Of a stretch of 64,000 nt of DNA, positions 1 to 12,000 are shown piece by piece. The notes beneath the pieces are model-generated. The model was not told the DNA's origin and ran no database searches. It was given only the letters and a program-made list of their open reading frames with translations. Location of the stretch: positions 192,264,001 to 192,328,000 of the forward strand of contig NC_086097.1 of the NCBI RefSeq assembly GCF_963921235.1. The letters are read 5' to 3'. The first letter of the stretch is position 1, and every line of letters starts with the position of its first letter. The position numbers and the translations under genes are program-made. Source of the stretch: Mobula hypostoma. Taxonomy: Eukaryota.

Positions 1-229
1 AGAGTCCAATTTAGGACAATCAGTCTTGCTACCAGCTGCATCCTGAAATCCATTAGCCTGTACTGACTGGTGATAGGGACTTCCCACTATTCAAAGAGTT
101 GACTCCATCTTTTGGCCTTCCGGCAAAATCTCAAACTCCAATATTGCTGGCTGTAAAAGCTGTATGTGATTTTATTCTGTAGTTCTAAAATGTCCCTGAA
201 ATTAAATTTGTTCAATGGTGAAGGCAATT

Positions 230-1025
230 GGTTCTTTAAAATTTATATTGATGACATAGAATTGGGATTACAAGGCACACTTTCTAAATCTGTGGGGATC
301 TAAAATTTAACAGTGTTATGAAATGCAAATTGGTTGAAAGGGCAGATATACGGTATAGCAGATGAAATTTAATCCAGAAAATATGTGAAATGTTGCATTT
401 TGATAGGAAGAATGAAGAGTAGCAATATAGAATATCAGATACTGTTTTAAAAGGGGAGAACACGCCTAGGAATCTGGGAGGGTTTGTGTACAAATTATTG
501 GAAGTGTCAATTTGAGAAATTAGTTAATAAAGCAAACATAATTTTGTGTTTTATCAGTAGGGTACACAATATCAAAGCAGCTGATGCCAAACCTTTATAA
601 AACCGGCGTTAAACAGCCACTGGAATATTATGTTCAATTATGGTTATATCATTATAAGAAGACTGCAAAGACATTAGAGGGTCCAGTGGTAATTTACAAG
701 AAGGTTTCCTGTATGAGGAAGTTTAGCTTAATTAGACTGGGACTGTTTTCTTTGGCAAAGAAAAGGCTGGGGGTGGGGGAGAGTGGGGTGTAGTGCAGAA
801 TGACGATCTGATTGAAGAATATATAGTACAGTAATGATGGTCTGGACAGAATGAGTCTGGGATGGTGTTCCCATTGGTGGAGGTCTTGAGGATTAACTTC
901 ACAGTTACAAAATAACAGGAAAGAGCAGGGACATGAGGGAAAACTTTTCATTCAGTGTGCCTTTGGAATTTGCAGATGTAACGTAGGCATGTTCCATTCA
1001 AAGGGGAAGTTGATAGATACAAGTT
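230..1025 (+). mobile_element. Old, heavily decayed CR1 LINE 3' fragment (RT C-terminal region)
   Basis: Remnant motifs such as 'LYKTGVKQPLEYYVQLW' resemble CR1 'LYKTLVRPHLEYCVQFW', seen in better-preserved copies in this window. Confidence 0.7.
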
Positions 1026-1027
1026 AG

Positions 1028-1470
1028 GCATCCAACATCATGGACCTCCAACATCCAGGACATGCTCTCTCCTCGCTTCTATCATCAGGAAGAAGGTACA
1101 AGAACCTCAGGACTCACGCCACTAGGTTCAGGAACAGTTATTATTCTTCAATCATCAGGCTCTTGAACCAAAGGCAATAACTTCAATCACCTTCACTTGC
1201 CTCATCATTGAAATGTTCCCACAACCAATGGACTCATTTTCAAGATCTCTTCATCTCATGTGTTTGATATTTATTTCATTTTTTCCTTTTGGATTTGGAT
1301 AGTTTGTTGTCCTTTGCACATTGGTTGAATGCCCAAGTTGGTGTGGTCTTTCATTGATTCTATTATGGTTATTATTCTATAGATTTATTGAGTATGCCCA
1401 CAAGAAAAATAATCTCAGGGTTGTACATGGTGACATAACTGTACTTTGGTAATAAATCTACTTTGAACTT
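1028..1470 (+). mobile_element. Rex1/Babar-like LINE 3' end
   Basis: HPGHALFSLLPSGRRYR-type coding remnant, then a 3'UTR ending AATAAA-tctactttgaactt; the same UTR recurs at ~43390-43690 (+) and ~17940-18150 (-). Confidence 0.7.
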
Positions 1471-2329
1471 CAAAAAATATGTAGAAAGGGGAGAGAAACC
1501 AGAGGGTTTGGAAGAAGCTGACACTGACACAATGAACAAGTGGTTTTTTTCTATGTTGTGATCTATGACTTTATGAATGTAATAATTAACTAAGTTAATT
1601 GTAAATAATTAAAACATCAACACAAGGTAGAATAATTAAAGCAGTACAGCTTACCTCCCCATTTAACTCCCAACCTTTTGCTCTACAACCTCATTGAAAT
1701 CATTATGGTTTTGGATCTAGCATCTACGAAGCTACTGATAATCAGTTTAATCTAGCAAAGGATCCAAGAGCCAATTTCCAAATGAAATGCTGGAAAATCC
1801 CAGCAACAATGTAGAACATAAAACAGCATAGGCCTTTGACCCAAAAATATGTGCCAATCTTTCAAACTACTCCAATATCAACCTAATACTTACCTCCCAC
1901 ATAGCCCTCCATTTCCCTTTTATCTATGTGCATCTCTAAGAGTCTCTTAATGACCATAATGTATCTGCCACTACCACCATCCCTGGCAGCACACAACTTC
2001 CTGTGTAAAAAAAAACGCTATAGCGATAGATACATTCTTGATTAGCCAGGGCACCAAAGGGTTTGGGGAGAAGGCAGGGGAGTGAGGATGACTGGAAGAA
2101 TTGGAACAGTCCATGATTGAATGGTGGAGCAGACTCGATGGGCCAAAGGGCCGACTTCTGTTCCTATATCTTATAGTCTTATGGTACTTTCCTCCAATCA
2201 ACTGAAAACTACCCCTCTCTTAGACATTTTCCCTGGGAGAAATTTGCTATGGCTTTTCCCTTTGGGGTGAAGGAGGATAAAAAGTGACTTAATAGAAGTG
2301 TATAAGATGATAAGAGCAATTGATAGACT

Positions 2330-2990
2330 GGGCAGCCTGCAACAATCTTCTTCATAAGACATGATCTCGAATTGAGGCATCATCCTAGTAAATCTCCTCT
2401 GCAGCCTCTCTAAAGTTGTCACATCCTCCCATAATAAGGCAACCATAAATGACCACTCCAATTGTGCTCTAACCAGATTTGCACAGAGCTGTAGCTAATG
2501 AAGGCTAACACACTATGCACCTTTTTAAACCACCCTAATAACTTGTACAGCAACTTTGGGAGATCTATTGAACATGGACCCCAAGATCTCTGTTCCTTCA
2601 CACTGCTGAGAAACCACTACCATTCACCTATACTCTACTTTCAAGTTCAACCTTCCAAGATGTGTAACTCCATACTTCTCTGGATTGAAATCCATCTGCC
2701 ACTTCTCAGCCCAGCTCTGCATCCTATCAATGTCCTCTTGTACCCATGACAACCTTCTACACTATCCACAATACCACCAAACTTTGTGTTATCTGCAAGC
2801 TTACTAACCCACCCTTCCCTTTCCTTACCCAAGTAATTTATAACAATCACAAAGAGTAGGGGTCACAGAACATTTCCCCCAAAGAACACCACTAGTTGCT
2901 GACCTCTAGGCAGAATATACTCCATCTACTATCACTCTTTGGATTAAATTCTGAATCTACACAGCCAGTTATCCCTGAATCGAATGTCTC
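2330..2990 (-). mobile_element. CR1 RT fragment
   Basis: ORF-track pieces 'WVSKLADNTKFGGIVDSVEGC' and 'LERLQRRFTRMM'. Confidence 0.8.
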
Positions 2991-3009
2991 CTGACTCCAT
3001 ACCTACTGC

Positions 3010-3490
3010 ATAGACCGAAAGAAGCTGCAGAAGTTTGTAAACATAGTCAGCTCCATCTTGGTTCTAGCCAACAAAGTACCCAGGACATCTTTAGGAAGCG
3101 GTGTCTCAGAAAGGCAGCGTCCATTATTAAAGACTTCTAGCACCCAGAGCATGCCCTTTTCTCACTGTTACCATCAGGTAGGAGATACAGAAGCCTGAAG
3201 GCACACACTCAGTGATTCAGGAACAGCTTCTTCCCCTCTACCATCCGATTCCTGAATGGACTTTGAAGCTTTGGACACTACCTCACTTTTTTAATATACA
3301 ATATTTCTGTTTTTGCACCTTTTAAAATAATCTTTTCAATATGTGTAATTGATTTACTTGTTTATTTATTATGTTTTATTTTATTTATTATTTTTTCTCC
3401 CTCTTTGCTAGATTATGTATTGCATTGAACTGCTGCTGCTAAGTTAACAAATTTCGCATCCCATGCCGGTGATAATAAATCTGATTCTGA
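3010..3490 (+). mobile_element. Rex1/Babar-like LINE 3' end
   Basis: HPEHALFSLLPSGRRYRSLKAHT remnant; tail AATAAA-tctgattctga. Confidence 0.7.
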
Positions 3491-3804
3491 GTCTATCAGT
3501 CGAACTTTATCAAATGCCTTGCTAAAATTCATATATGACACATCCACTGCTCTGCCTTCAATTTATTTTGTCATTTCCTCAAACAATTCAATCAGGCTTA
3601 TGGAGCACAACCTGCCTTTCACAAAGCTATTTTGACTAACTCTAATCAGACTATACTACCCTAATGCTTGTAAATCCTATCCATAAGAATTCTCCTTAAT
3701 AGTTTGCTCACTACTGGGGTAACACTAACTGGTCTATAATTTTCCAAGGTTATCCCTATTATGTTTCTTGAATAAAAGAATGATATTTGTTACCGTCCAG
3801 TCTT

Positions 3805-4410
3805 AGACCATAGGACCACAAGGTATAGTTGTAAAATTAGGACATTTGCCCCTTCAAGTCTGCTCCGCCATTTCATCGAGGCTGATCCATTTCCCCCTCA
3901 GCCCCAATCTCTTGCCTTCTCCCCTTAACCCTACATGCACTGATTAATCAAGAATCTGTTAACCTCTGCCTTAAATATACCCAATGACTTGGTGTCTACA
4001 GTTCCCTGTGGTAATGAATTCTACAAATTCACCACTCTGTCAAAAGAAATTCTTCTTTATTTCTACTCTAAATGGATGTCCCTCTATTCTGAGGCCTTGT
4101 CCTATGGTCCTAGACTCCCCTACAATAGGAAACATCCTTTCCACAACCCCTCTATCAAAGCCTTTCAACATTCGATGGGTTTCAATGAGATCACCCCTCA
4201 TTCTTCTGAATTTCGGTGGGTACAGGCACAGAGCCATCAAACGCTTCATATATAATAAACCTTTCAATCCCAGAATCATTTTTGTGAACCAACACTCCCC
4301 ATAGTCAGGACACTGCTTATTTGATGGGGTGCCCAAAACTGCTCATAATACTCCAAGTGAGACCACACCGGTGCCTATAAAGCCTCAACATTACACTCTT
4401 GCTATTATAT
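3805..4410 (-). mobile_element. CR1 3' fragment
   Basis: 'FRRMRGDLIETHRMLKGFDR...MFPIVGESRT' in ORF 4040-4336, followed by a CR1-type 3'UTR. Confidence 0.85.
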
Positions 4411-4469
4411 TCTTCTTCTTCATGGGTCCTCAGCTCCCAGTGGAGAATAAGCCATTGATTTGGACTGAG

Positions 4470-4860
4470 TTGGACAATTCACACCGGAGGTGCGTGAAAA
4501 AAGCTACTTTTTAACGACAGTGGCAATCAAGATTTTGAAGGCAGAGTTTCACGGCAGTTTTTCTGATTTGAGGAGTGAATGATCAGCAAGCAGCAATGCA
4601 TAAAAAGAGCTACCTTTCACTCAGGTCCATGTTCAAGATTTAAAAGACAGAGCTTTGAGACAGTTTTCTTTGAGTGGGACAATCCACACCAGATGTACGT
4701 GAAAAGAGTAACATTTTAATCAGAGAAGTGATCAATATTTTCAAGGCAGAATTTTGTGGCAGTTTTTCTGATTTGAGGAGTGACCAATCAGCAAAAGGAA
4801 TTCATTAGAAAGGCCCATTAATTCAAGTGTAAGCGGAGTGGCCATTGTTGTGAGTGTGCC
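4470..4860 (+). repeat. Diverged tandem repeat (~105-bp monomer, ~210-bp dimer), possible LINE 5'UTR/promoter
   Basis: GGCAGTTTTTCTGATTTGAGGAGTGA occurs at ~4553 and ~4758; AAAA(G)AG(C)TA motif at ~4500, ~4605 and ~4703; CCAAT at ~4784 and GGCCATT at ~4840. Confidence 0.6.
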
Positions 4861-4882
4861 AGTCTTTAGAGTGGCTTCAGGC

Positions 4883-5985
4883 CATCAGGCTTGTGTTAGG
4901 TAGGTTGTCCTGTAAGGAATTTGATAAGGTCCCCATGCAAAGCTTATTGAGAAAGTAAGGAGGCATGGGATCCAAGGGGACATTGCTTTGTGGATCCAGA
5001 ACTGGCTTGCCCACAGAAGGCAAAGAGTGGTTGTAGACGGGTCATATTCTGCATGGAGGTTGGTGACCAGTGGTGTACTTAAGGGATCTGTTCTTGGATC
5101 CTTACCCTCCGTGATTTTTATAAATGACCTGGATGAGGAAGTGGAGGGATAGGTTAGTAAGTTTGCTGATGACACAAAGGTTGGGGGTGTTGTGGATAGT
5201 GTGGAGGGCTGTCAGAGGTTACAGCGGGACATTGATAGGATGCAAAACTGGGCTGAGAAGTGGCAGATGGAGTTCAACCCGGATAATTGTGAAGTGGTTC
5301 ATTTTGGTAGGTCAAATATGATGGCAGAATATAGTACTAATGGGGTAAGACTCTTGGCAGTGTGGAGGATCAGAGGGATCTTGGGGTCCGAACCCATAGG
5401 ACGCTCAAAGCAGCTGTGCAGGTTGACTCTGTGGTTAAGAAGGTATACAGTGTATTGGCCTTCATCAATCGTGGAATTGAATTTAGGAGCTGAGAGGTAA
5501 TGTTGCAGCTATATCGGACACTGGTCAGACCCCACTTGGAGTACTGTGCTCAGTTCTGTTCGCCTAACTACGGGAAGGATGTGGAAAGCATAGAAAGGCT
5601 GCAGAGGAGACTTACAAGGATGTGGCCTGGATTGGGGAGCATGCCTTATGAAGACAGGTTGAGTAAACTCAGCCTTTTCTCCTTGGAGCGACGGAGGATG
5701 AGAGGTGACCTAATAGAGGTGTACAAGATGAAGAGAGGCATTGATTGTGTGGATAGTCAGAGGCTTTTTCCCAGGGCTGAAATGGTTTCCACAAGAGGGC
5801 ACAGGTTTAAGGTGCTTGGGAGTAGGTACAGAGGAGATGTCAGGGGTAAGTTTTTTTTTATATACGCAGAGAGTGGTGAGTACGTGGAATGGGCTATCGG
5901 CAAAGGTGGTGGAAGGAGATACGATAGGGTCTTTAAAAGAGAATTTTGGATAGGTACATGGAGATTAGTAAAATAGAGGGCTATA
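4883..5985 (+). mobile_element. CR1 ORF2 RT fragment, frameshifted
   Basis: FADDTK, 'WQMEFNPDNCEVVHFG' and 'LYRTLVRPHLEYC' motifs; same subfamily as 28035-29240. Confidence 0.9.
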
Positions 5986-6228
5986 GACAGGTAACTGGGT
6001 GACTGTCAGGAGAAGGAGGGGAAATGCACAGCCAGTGCAGAGTACACCTCTGGCTGTTCCCATCAATAATAAGCATACAACTTTAGATACTATTGAGGGG
6101 GACGACCAGCTGGAGGAGAACCACAGTGACCAATCTCTGATACTGAGTTTGATGCTGTGGCTCAGAAGACCACAGATGTGAAGAGCACTATATTGTTGAT
6201 AGGAGATTCCTTAGTCAGAGGAACAGAG

Positions 6229-7173
6229 GGATTAATGGATTTGTGGCTAAATTTGCTGATGATACAAAGATAGGCGGAGGAACGGGTAGTGTTCAGGAAA
6301 CAGAGTCTTCAGAGAGACTTAGATAGTTTAGGGGAATGGGCAAAGAAGTGGCAAGTGAAATACAATGTTGGAAAGTGCATGATCATGCACTTTGGTAAAA
6401 GAAATAAACGGGCAAATGATTATTTAGATGGGGAAAAAATTCAAAATGCAGAGATACAAAGGGACTTGGGAGTCCTTGTGCAGGATACCCTAAAGGTTAA
6501 CCTCTACATTGAGTCAGTGGTGAAGAAGGCAAATTCATTTCTAGAGGTATAGAATACTAGGGCTGGGATGTGATGTTGAGGCTCTCAAAGGCACTCGTGA
6601 GACCACACTTGGAGTATTGTGTGCAGTTTTGGGCTCCTTATTTTAGAACAGATATATTGACATTGGAGAGGGTTCAGAGAAGATTCTTGAGAATGATTCC
6701 AGGAATGAAAGAGTTACCGCATGAGGAACATCTGACAGCTCTTGGGCTGTATTCCCTGGAGTTCAGAACAATAAGGGGTATCTCATAGAAACATTCCAAA
6801 TATTAAAAGGCCTGAACAGATTAGATATGGCAAAACTATTTCCCATGGTAGGGGTGTCTAGGACAAGAAGGCATGACTTCAGGATTGAAGGACGTCCATT
6901 TAGAACAGAGATGCAAAGAAATTACTTTAGACAGAGGGTGGTAAATCTGTGGAATTTGTTGCCACGAGCAGCTGTGGAGGCCAAGTCATCGGGTGCATTT
7001 AAGGCAGAGATAGATAGGTTCTTGATTAGCCAGGGCATCAAAGGGTATGGGGAGAAAGCAGGGGAGTGGGGATGACTGGAAGAATTGGATCAGCCCATGA
7101 TTGAATGGCGGAGCAGCTCAATGGGCTGAATGGTCTACTTCTGCTCTTATATCTTATGGTCATATAGTCTTAT
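6229..7173 (+). mobile_element. 5'-truncated CR1 nested in the ORF1 of another CR1
   Basis: Starts near the FADDTK motif and ends in a (TCTTATGG)-like tail; 9-bp TSD GGAACAGAG at 6220-6228 and 7174-7182. Confidence 0.9.
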
Positions 7174-7930
7174 GGAACAGAGATGAGGTTTTGTGGGCTC
7201 GATAGAGACAGACACCTGGATGATATGTTTCCTCCCTGATGCCAGGATTAGAGTTGTCTCGGATCACATCTATGGCATTCTCAAGGGCAAAGTGAGTAGC
7301 CTTGGTATATATTGGAACCAATGACATAGGTAGACAAAGTGAGGAGGTCCTAAAGAGAGATTTTAGGGAGTTATTAAGAAAGCTGGGAAACAGGACCCCC
7401 AGGGCAGTAATCTCTGGATTTCTGCCTGTGCTATAAGTGAAGGTAAGAATAGGATGATTTGGCATGTGAATACGTGGCTGAGGAACTGGTGCAGGGGACA
7501 GGGGTTCAGATTTATGGATTATTGGGTTCTCTTCTGAGGAAGGTATAGCCTGTACTAAAGGGATGGATTACACTTGAACCGAGGAGGTCCAATATCCTTG
7601 CAAGCATGTTGGCTAGAGTTGTACAGATGGGTTTAAAGTAACTTGGCAGGGGGATGGGAACCAGAGTGAATGAATATGAGGTAGTTTGTTTACAAACAGA
7701 GGAAATGTATAGGGAGACTCCTAGCAAGGAGAGGCTGATGTTAGGATGCAGTCAACGTAAAAGGTGGACAAAACCGAAAAAGGTCTAAAGCTGTTATATT
7801 TGAATGTATGCAGTATATTGAATAAGGTTTATGAACTTGTAGCACAGTTACAGATTGGCAAGTATAATGTTGTAGGCATCACTCAATCATGGCTGAAAGA
7901 AGATTATAGCTGGGAGATTAATGTCCAAGG

Positions 7931-8159
7931 TGTGGTAAACCATGTATATATGTTGTAACTGGGTTACCTATCTGGACACACCCCTCTGCTGACTGCCCCT
8001 GTTGCTCCTCCCACAAAGTCCTGTATAAAGGTGTTCACCTTGCCCCTCCCCCTCAGTCCGGGGGCAGACACTCACTGTGGAGGTCGTATTGTACAGTGAA
8101 TAAAAGCCTTTCAGTATTTTACCAAACCTCAGTCTTTTGGAGTAATTGAAGGTGCTTCA
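7931..8159 (+). mobile_element. 229-bp solo LTR
   Basis: TG...CA termini, 5-bp TSD CAAGG (7926-7930, 8160-8164), TATAAA at 8024, AATAAA at 8099; interrupts the CR1 endonuclease. Confidence 0.85.
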
Positions 8160-11004
8160 CAAGGATACACGTTGTATCAAAAGGGCAAGCAGGAAGGCAG
8201 AGGGGGTGGCTTGGCTCTGTTGGTAAAAAATGAAATTAAATCATTAGAAAGGGGTGACATAGGGTCAGAAGGTATTGAATTATTGTGACTGGAGCTAAGG
8301 AACTGCATGGGTAAAAAGACTAACAGAAGTTATATAGAGACCTCAAACAGTGGTAAAGATGTGGTCTAAAGTTACAATGGGAGATAAAAAATGTGTGCCG
8401 AAAGGGCAATGTTACAATAGTCATGGGGGATTTGAATATGCTGGTAGATTGGGAGGAACAGGTTGATGAGGGATTTCTCGAGGGGGAATTTCTTGATTGC
8501 CTATGAGATGGCATTTTAGAGCACCTCATAGTTAAACCCACTAGGGGATCAGCTATTCTGGATTGGGTGTTGACCAATGAACCAGAATTGATTAGAGACC
8601 TTAAGGTAAAAGAACCCTTAGGGGCAAGTCATCATAATATGAACAAATACACCATGAAATGTGAGAAGGGGAAGCTAAAGTCAGATGTATCAGTATTACA
8701 GTGCAGTAAAGCAAATTACAGAGGCATGAGAGAGCAGTTGGCCAGAGTTGATTGGAAAAGAACACTGGCAGGGGTGATGATACAGAAGCAATAGCTGGAA
8801 TTTCTGGAAGCAATTCAGAAGGCACGGGATATATATATCCCCAAGAGGAAGGAGTATTCTAAAGGCAAATTGACACAACCATGGTTAACAAGGGAAGTCA
8901 AAGCCAACATAAAAGAGGGCATATAAAAGAGTGAAAACCAGTAGGATGTGAGGGGATTGGAAAGTTTTTAAGTACCAACAGAAGACAACTAAAAAATTTA
9001 TTAAAAAGATAAAGATGGAATACAAAAGTAAACTAGCCAATAATGTTAAAGAGGATACCAAAAGTTTCTTCAGCTACATAAAGTGTAAAAGAGAGATGAG
9101 AGTGGATATTGGACCACTGGAAAATTGATGCTGAAGTAATAATGGGGTACGGAGAAATGCCAGATGAACCGAATATGTATTTTGCTTCATTCTTCACAGT
9201 GGAAGACACTAGCAGTATGGAGTAAGTTCCAGGTATCATTGGTCATGAAATTACCATTACTAGAGAGAAGATTCTGGGGAAGCTGAAAGCTCTGAAGGTT
9301 GATAAGTCACCTGGTCCAGATGGTTACATGCCAGCATTCTGAAAGAGGTGACTGAAGAGATTCTGGAGGCATTAGTAATGATCTGTCAAGAATCACTAGA
9401 CTCTGAAATGGTTACTGAAGACTGGAAAATTTGAAATGTCACACCACTCTTCAAGAAGGGAGAAAGGAAATTATAGACCAGTTAGTCTCACCTCAGTAAT
9501 TGGGAAGATGTCGGTGTCAATTATTAAGGATGTGGTTTTGGGGTACTTGGAGGCACATGATAAAATAGGCTGTAGTCAGCATGGTTATCTCAAGGGAAAA
9601 TCTTGCCTGACAAATCTATTGGAATTCTTTGAAGAAATAACAAGTAGGATAGACAATGGAGAATCAGTTGATATTGTGTATTTTAATTATCAGAGGCCTT
9701 TGACAAGGTGCCACACATGAGGCTGCTTAACAAGCTATGAGCCCATGGTATTACAGGAAGGATTCTAGCGTGGATAGAGCAGTGGCTGATTGGCAGGAGG
9801 CAAAAAGTAGGAATAAAGGGAGCCTTTTCTGACTGGCTGCCAGTGACTAGTGGTGTTCCACAGGGTCTGTGTTGGGACTGATTCCTTTTATGTTAATATA
9901 TCAATGATGAGGATGATGGAATTGATGGCTTTGTTGCAAGTTTGCAGAGGATATAAAGATAGATGATGGGGCAGGTAGTTTTGAAGAAACTGGGATGCTA
10001 CCGAAGTATTTAGAAAGATTAAGAGAATAGGCAAAGAAGTGGCAGATGAAAGATAGTGTCAAGAAGTGTGTGATCATGTACTTTAGTAGAAGAAATGAAA
10101 GGGTTGTCTATATTCTAAATGGGGGAAAAAATTTTAAAAACTAAGGTGCAAAGGGGTTTAGGAGTTGTTGTGCAGGATTCCCTAAAGGTTAATTTGCAGG
10201 TCGAGTCTGTGGTGAGGAAGGCAAATGCAATGTTAGCATTAAAGAGGGCTAGAATATAAGTGAGGATGTAATGTTGAGACATTATAAAGCATCGATGAGG
10301 TCTCACTTGGAGTATTGTGTGCAGTTTTGGGTCCCTTATCTTAGGAAGGATGTGCTGAAATTGGAGAAGGAAAATGATTCCAGGGTTGATGGCTTGTTAT
10401 ATGAAGAGCACTTGATGATTCTGGCCCTACATTCACTAGAATTCAGAAGAATGAGGGGTGACTTAATGAAGCCTATCAAACAGTGAAAGGCCTTGATAGA
10501 GTTGATGTTAAAAGGATATTTCCTATGGTGTGAGTTTCTAAAACCAAGAGGCACAGCCTCAGAATGGAGATGAGAAGGAATTTCTTTAGCCAGAGAGGCG
10601 AGTCTGTGGAAATCTTTGCCACAGGCAGCTGTGGAGGCCATGTCTTTGTATATATTTAAGGCAGAGGTTGATAGATTCTTAACTGGTCAGGGCGTGAAGG
10701 TATACGGTGGGGTCTGGAATGCAGGAGATTGGGGCTGAGAGGAAAAATGGCTGAGCCATGATGAAATGACAGAGCACGCTTGATGGGCCAAATGGCCCAG
10801 TTCTGCTTGTATATGTTTTAATATCATGGTCTTGATTACCTTCCGTCTCCATTGTCCAGATTCAACATTGTTGAACTTCATTAATGCTTCTGTAATCTAC
10901 TGTTTCCACTGTTGAGGGGATTAGCCTATATAGCTTCACCAGAGCCCTGTTCATTGGCCTTACCCTCCTGCACCTCTCATAATAGGGATGCAGGATGAGA
11001 CTTA

Positions 11005-12000
11005 GAGAAGTACTTTTATGTTCTAGTCTTCTTGAAATGAATGCTAACATTGCATTTGCCTTCCTCAGCTCCAACTTAACCAGCAAATTAATCTTTAGGG
11101 GATCCTGCATGAGGACTCTCAAGTCCCTTTTTGCACTCCAGTTTTTAAAATTTTCCCTCTATTTAGAAAATAGTCTACATGTTTATTTCTTCTACAAAAG
11201 TGCATGACCATACACTTCCAAACACTGTATTCCATCTGCCACAACTTTGCCATTCTCCTAATCAATCAATTAAAGTGCATTTATTATTTATTATCAAAGA
11301 TTATATAAATTATTGAGATTTGTTTGCTTACAGGCAGCCACAATACAAGAAACCCAAAGAAACAAAGTAAATTAAAAAGAAAGACATAACCACTGCATAG
11401 GAAAAAAAAAACACATATCTTGCGAACAATAAATGCAAACGACAGCTTTCTGAACCCAAATCTCTCCAAGTCCTTCTGCAACCTTTTTGCTTCCTCAACA
11501 CTATCTGTCCCTCCACCTATCTTTGTATTGTCTGCAAAAATGGTCACAAAGTCATCAATTCCATCATCCAAATTATTGACATACAACTTGAAAAGAAGTG
11601 GTCCAACACCTGTGGACATCACTAGTTATCAGCAGCCAACCATAATAGGCTTTCTTTATTCTCGCCCTTTGTAAAGCTGCCAAACAGCTCTATCCATTTA
11701 GTATCTTTCCTGTAATCTTGATACAGGTTCTTCTGGTACAATCCTGTGGCGAGAGAGGACACAAACCTGATCAGGGAAAACACAGCAATATCTTCCTTTG
11801 CTTCTCGTAGTACCCTGGAGTATATCCCATCTTGCCCCAGGGACCTACCTATCCTAACGTCTTTCAAAATTTCCAGCACAACCTCTTTCTTAATATCGAT
11901 GTTCAGCATATTATCCTATTCTACACTCTCCTCACATCTCTCATGGTCCCTCTCACTGGAGAATACTGAAACTAGGTTTTCATTATGGTCCCTCCCTGTC
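11005..12000 (-). mobile_element. Cluster of CR1 RT fragments with a small LINE-tail insertion
   Basis: 'FADNTKIGGGTDSVEEAKRLQKDL' and 'GQDGIYSRVLREAKEDIA' on the minus strand. Confidence 0.8.

Larger units (their letters stand above)
5988..10835 (+). mobile_element. Near full-length decayed CR1 LINE (ORF1 SGNH esterase, APE endonuclease, RT, 3'UTR), interrupted by two insertions
   Basis: ORF1 motifs IGDSLVRG (~6199), IGTNDIG (~7311), DGLHLN (~7562); endonuclease 'LYLNVCSILNK...VVGITQSWL'; RT 'GNYRPVSLTS', 'KSCLTNLLEFFEE'. Confidence 0.9.

Noticed and set aside
57..161. Plus-strand candidate exon PVLTGDRDFPLFKELTPSFGLPAKSQTPILLAVKA with a GTATGT donor
   Set aside because: Poor acceptor context, an unrecognised peptide, and it overlaps an equally weak minus-strand candidate.
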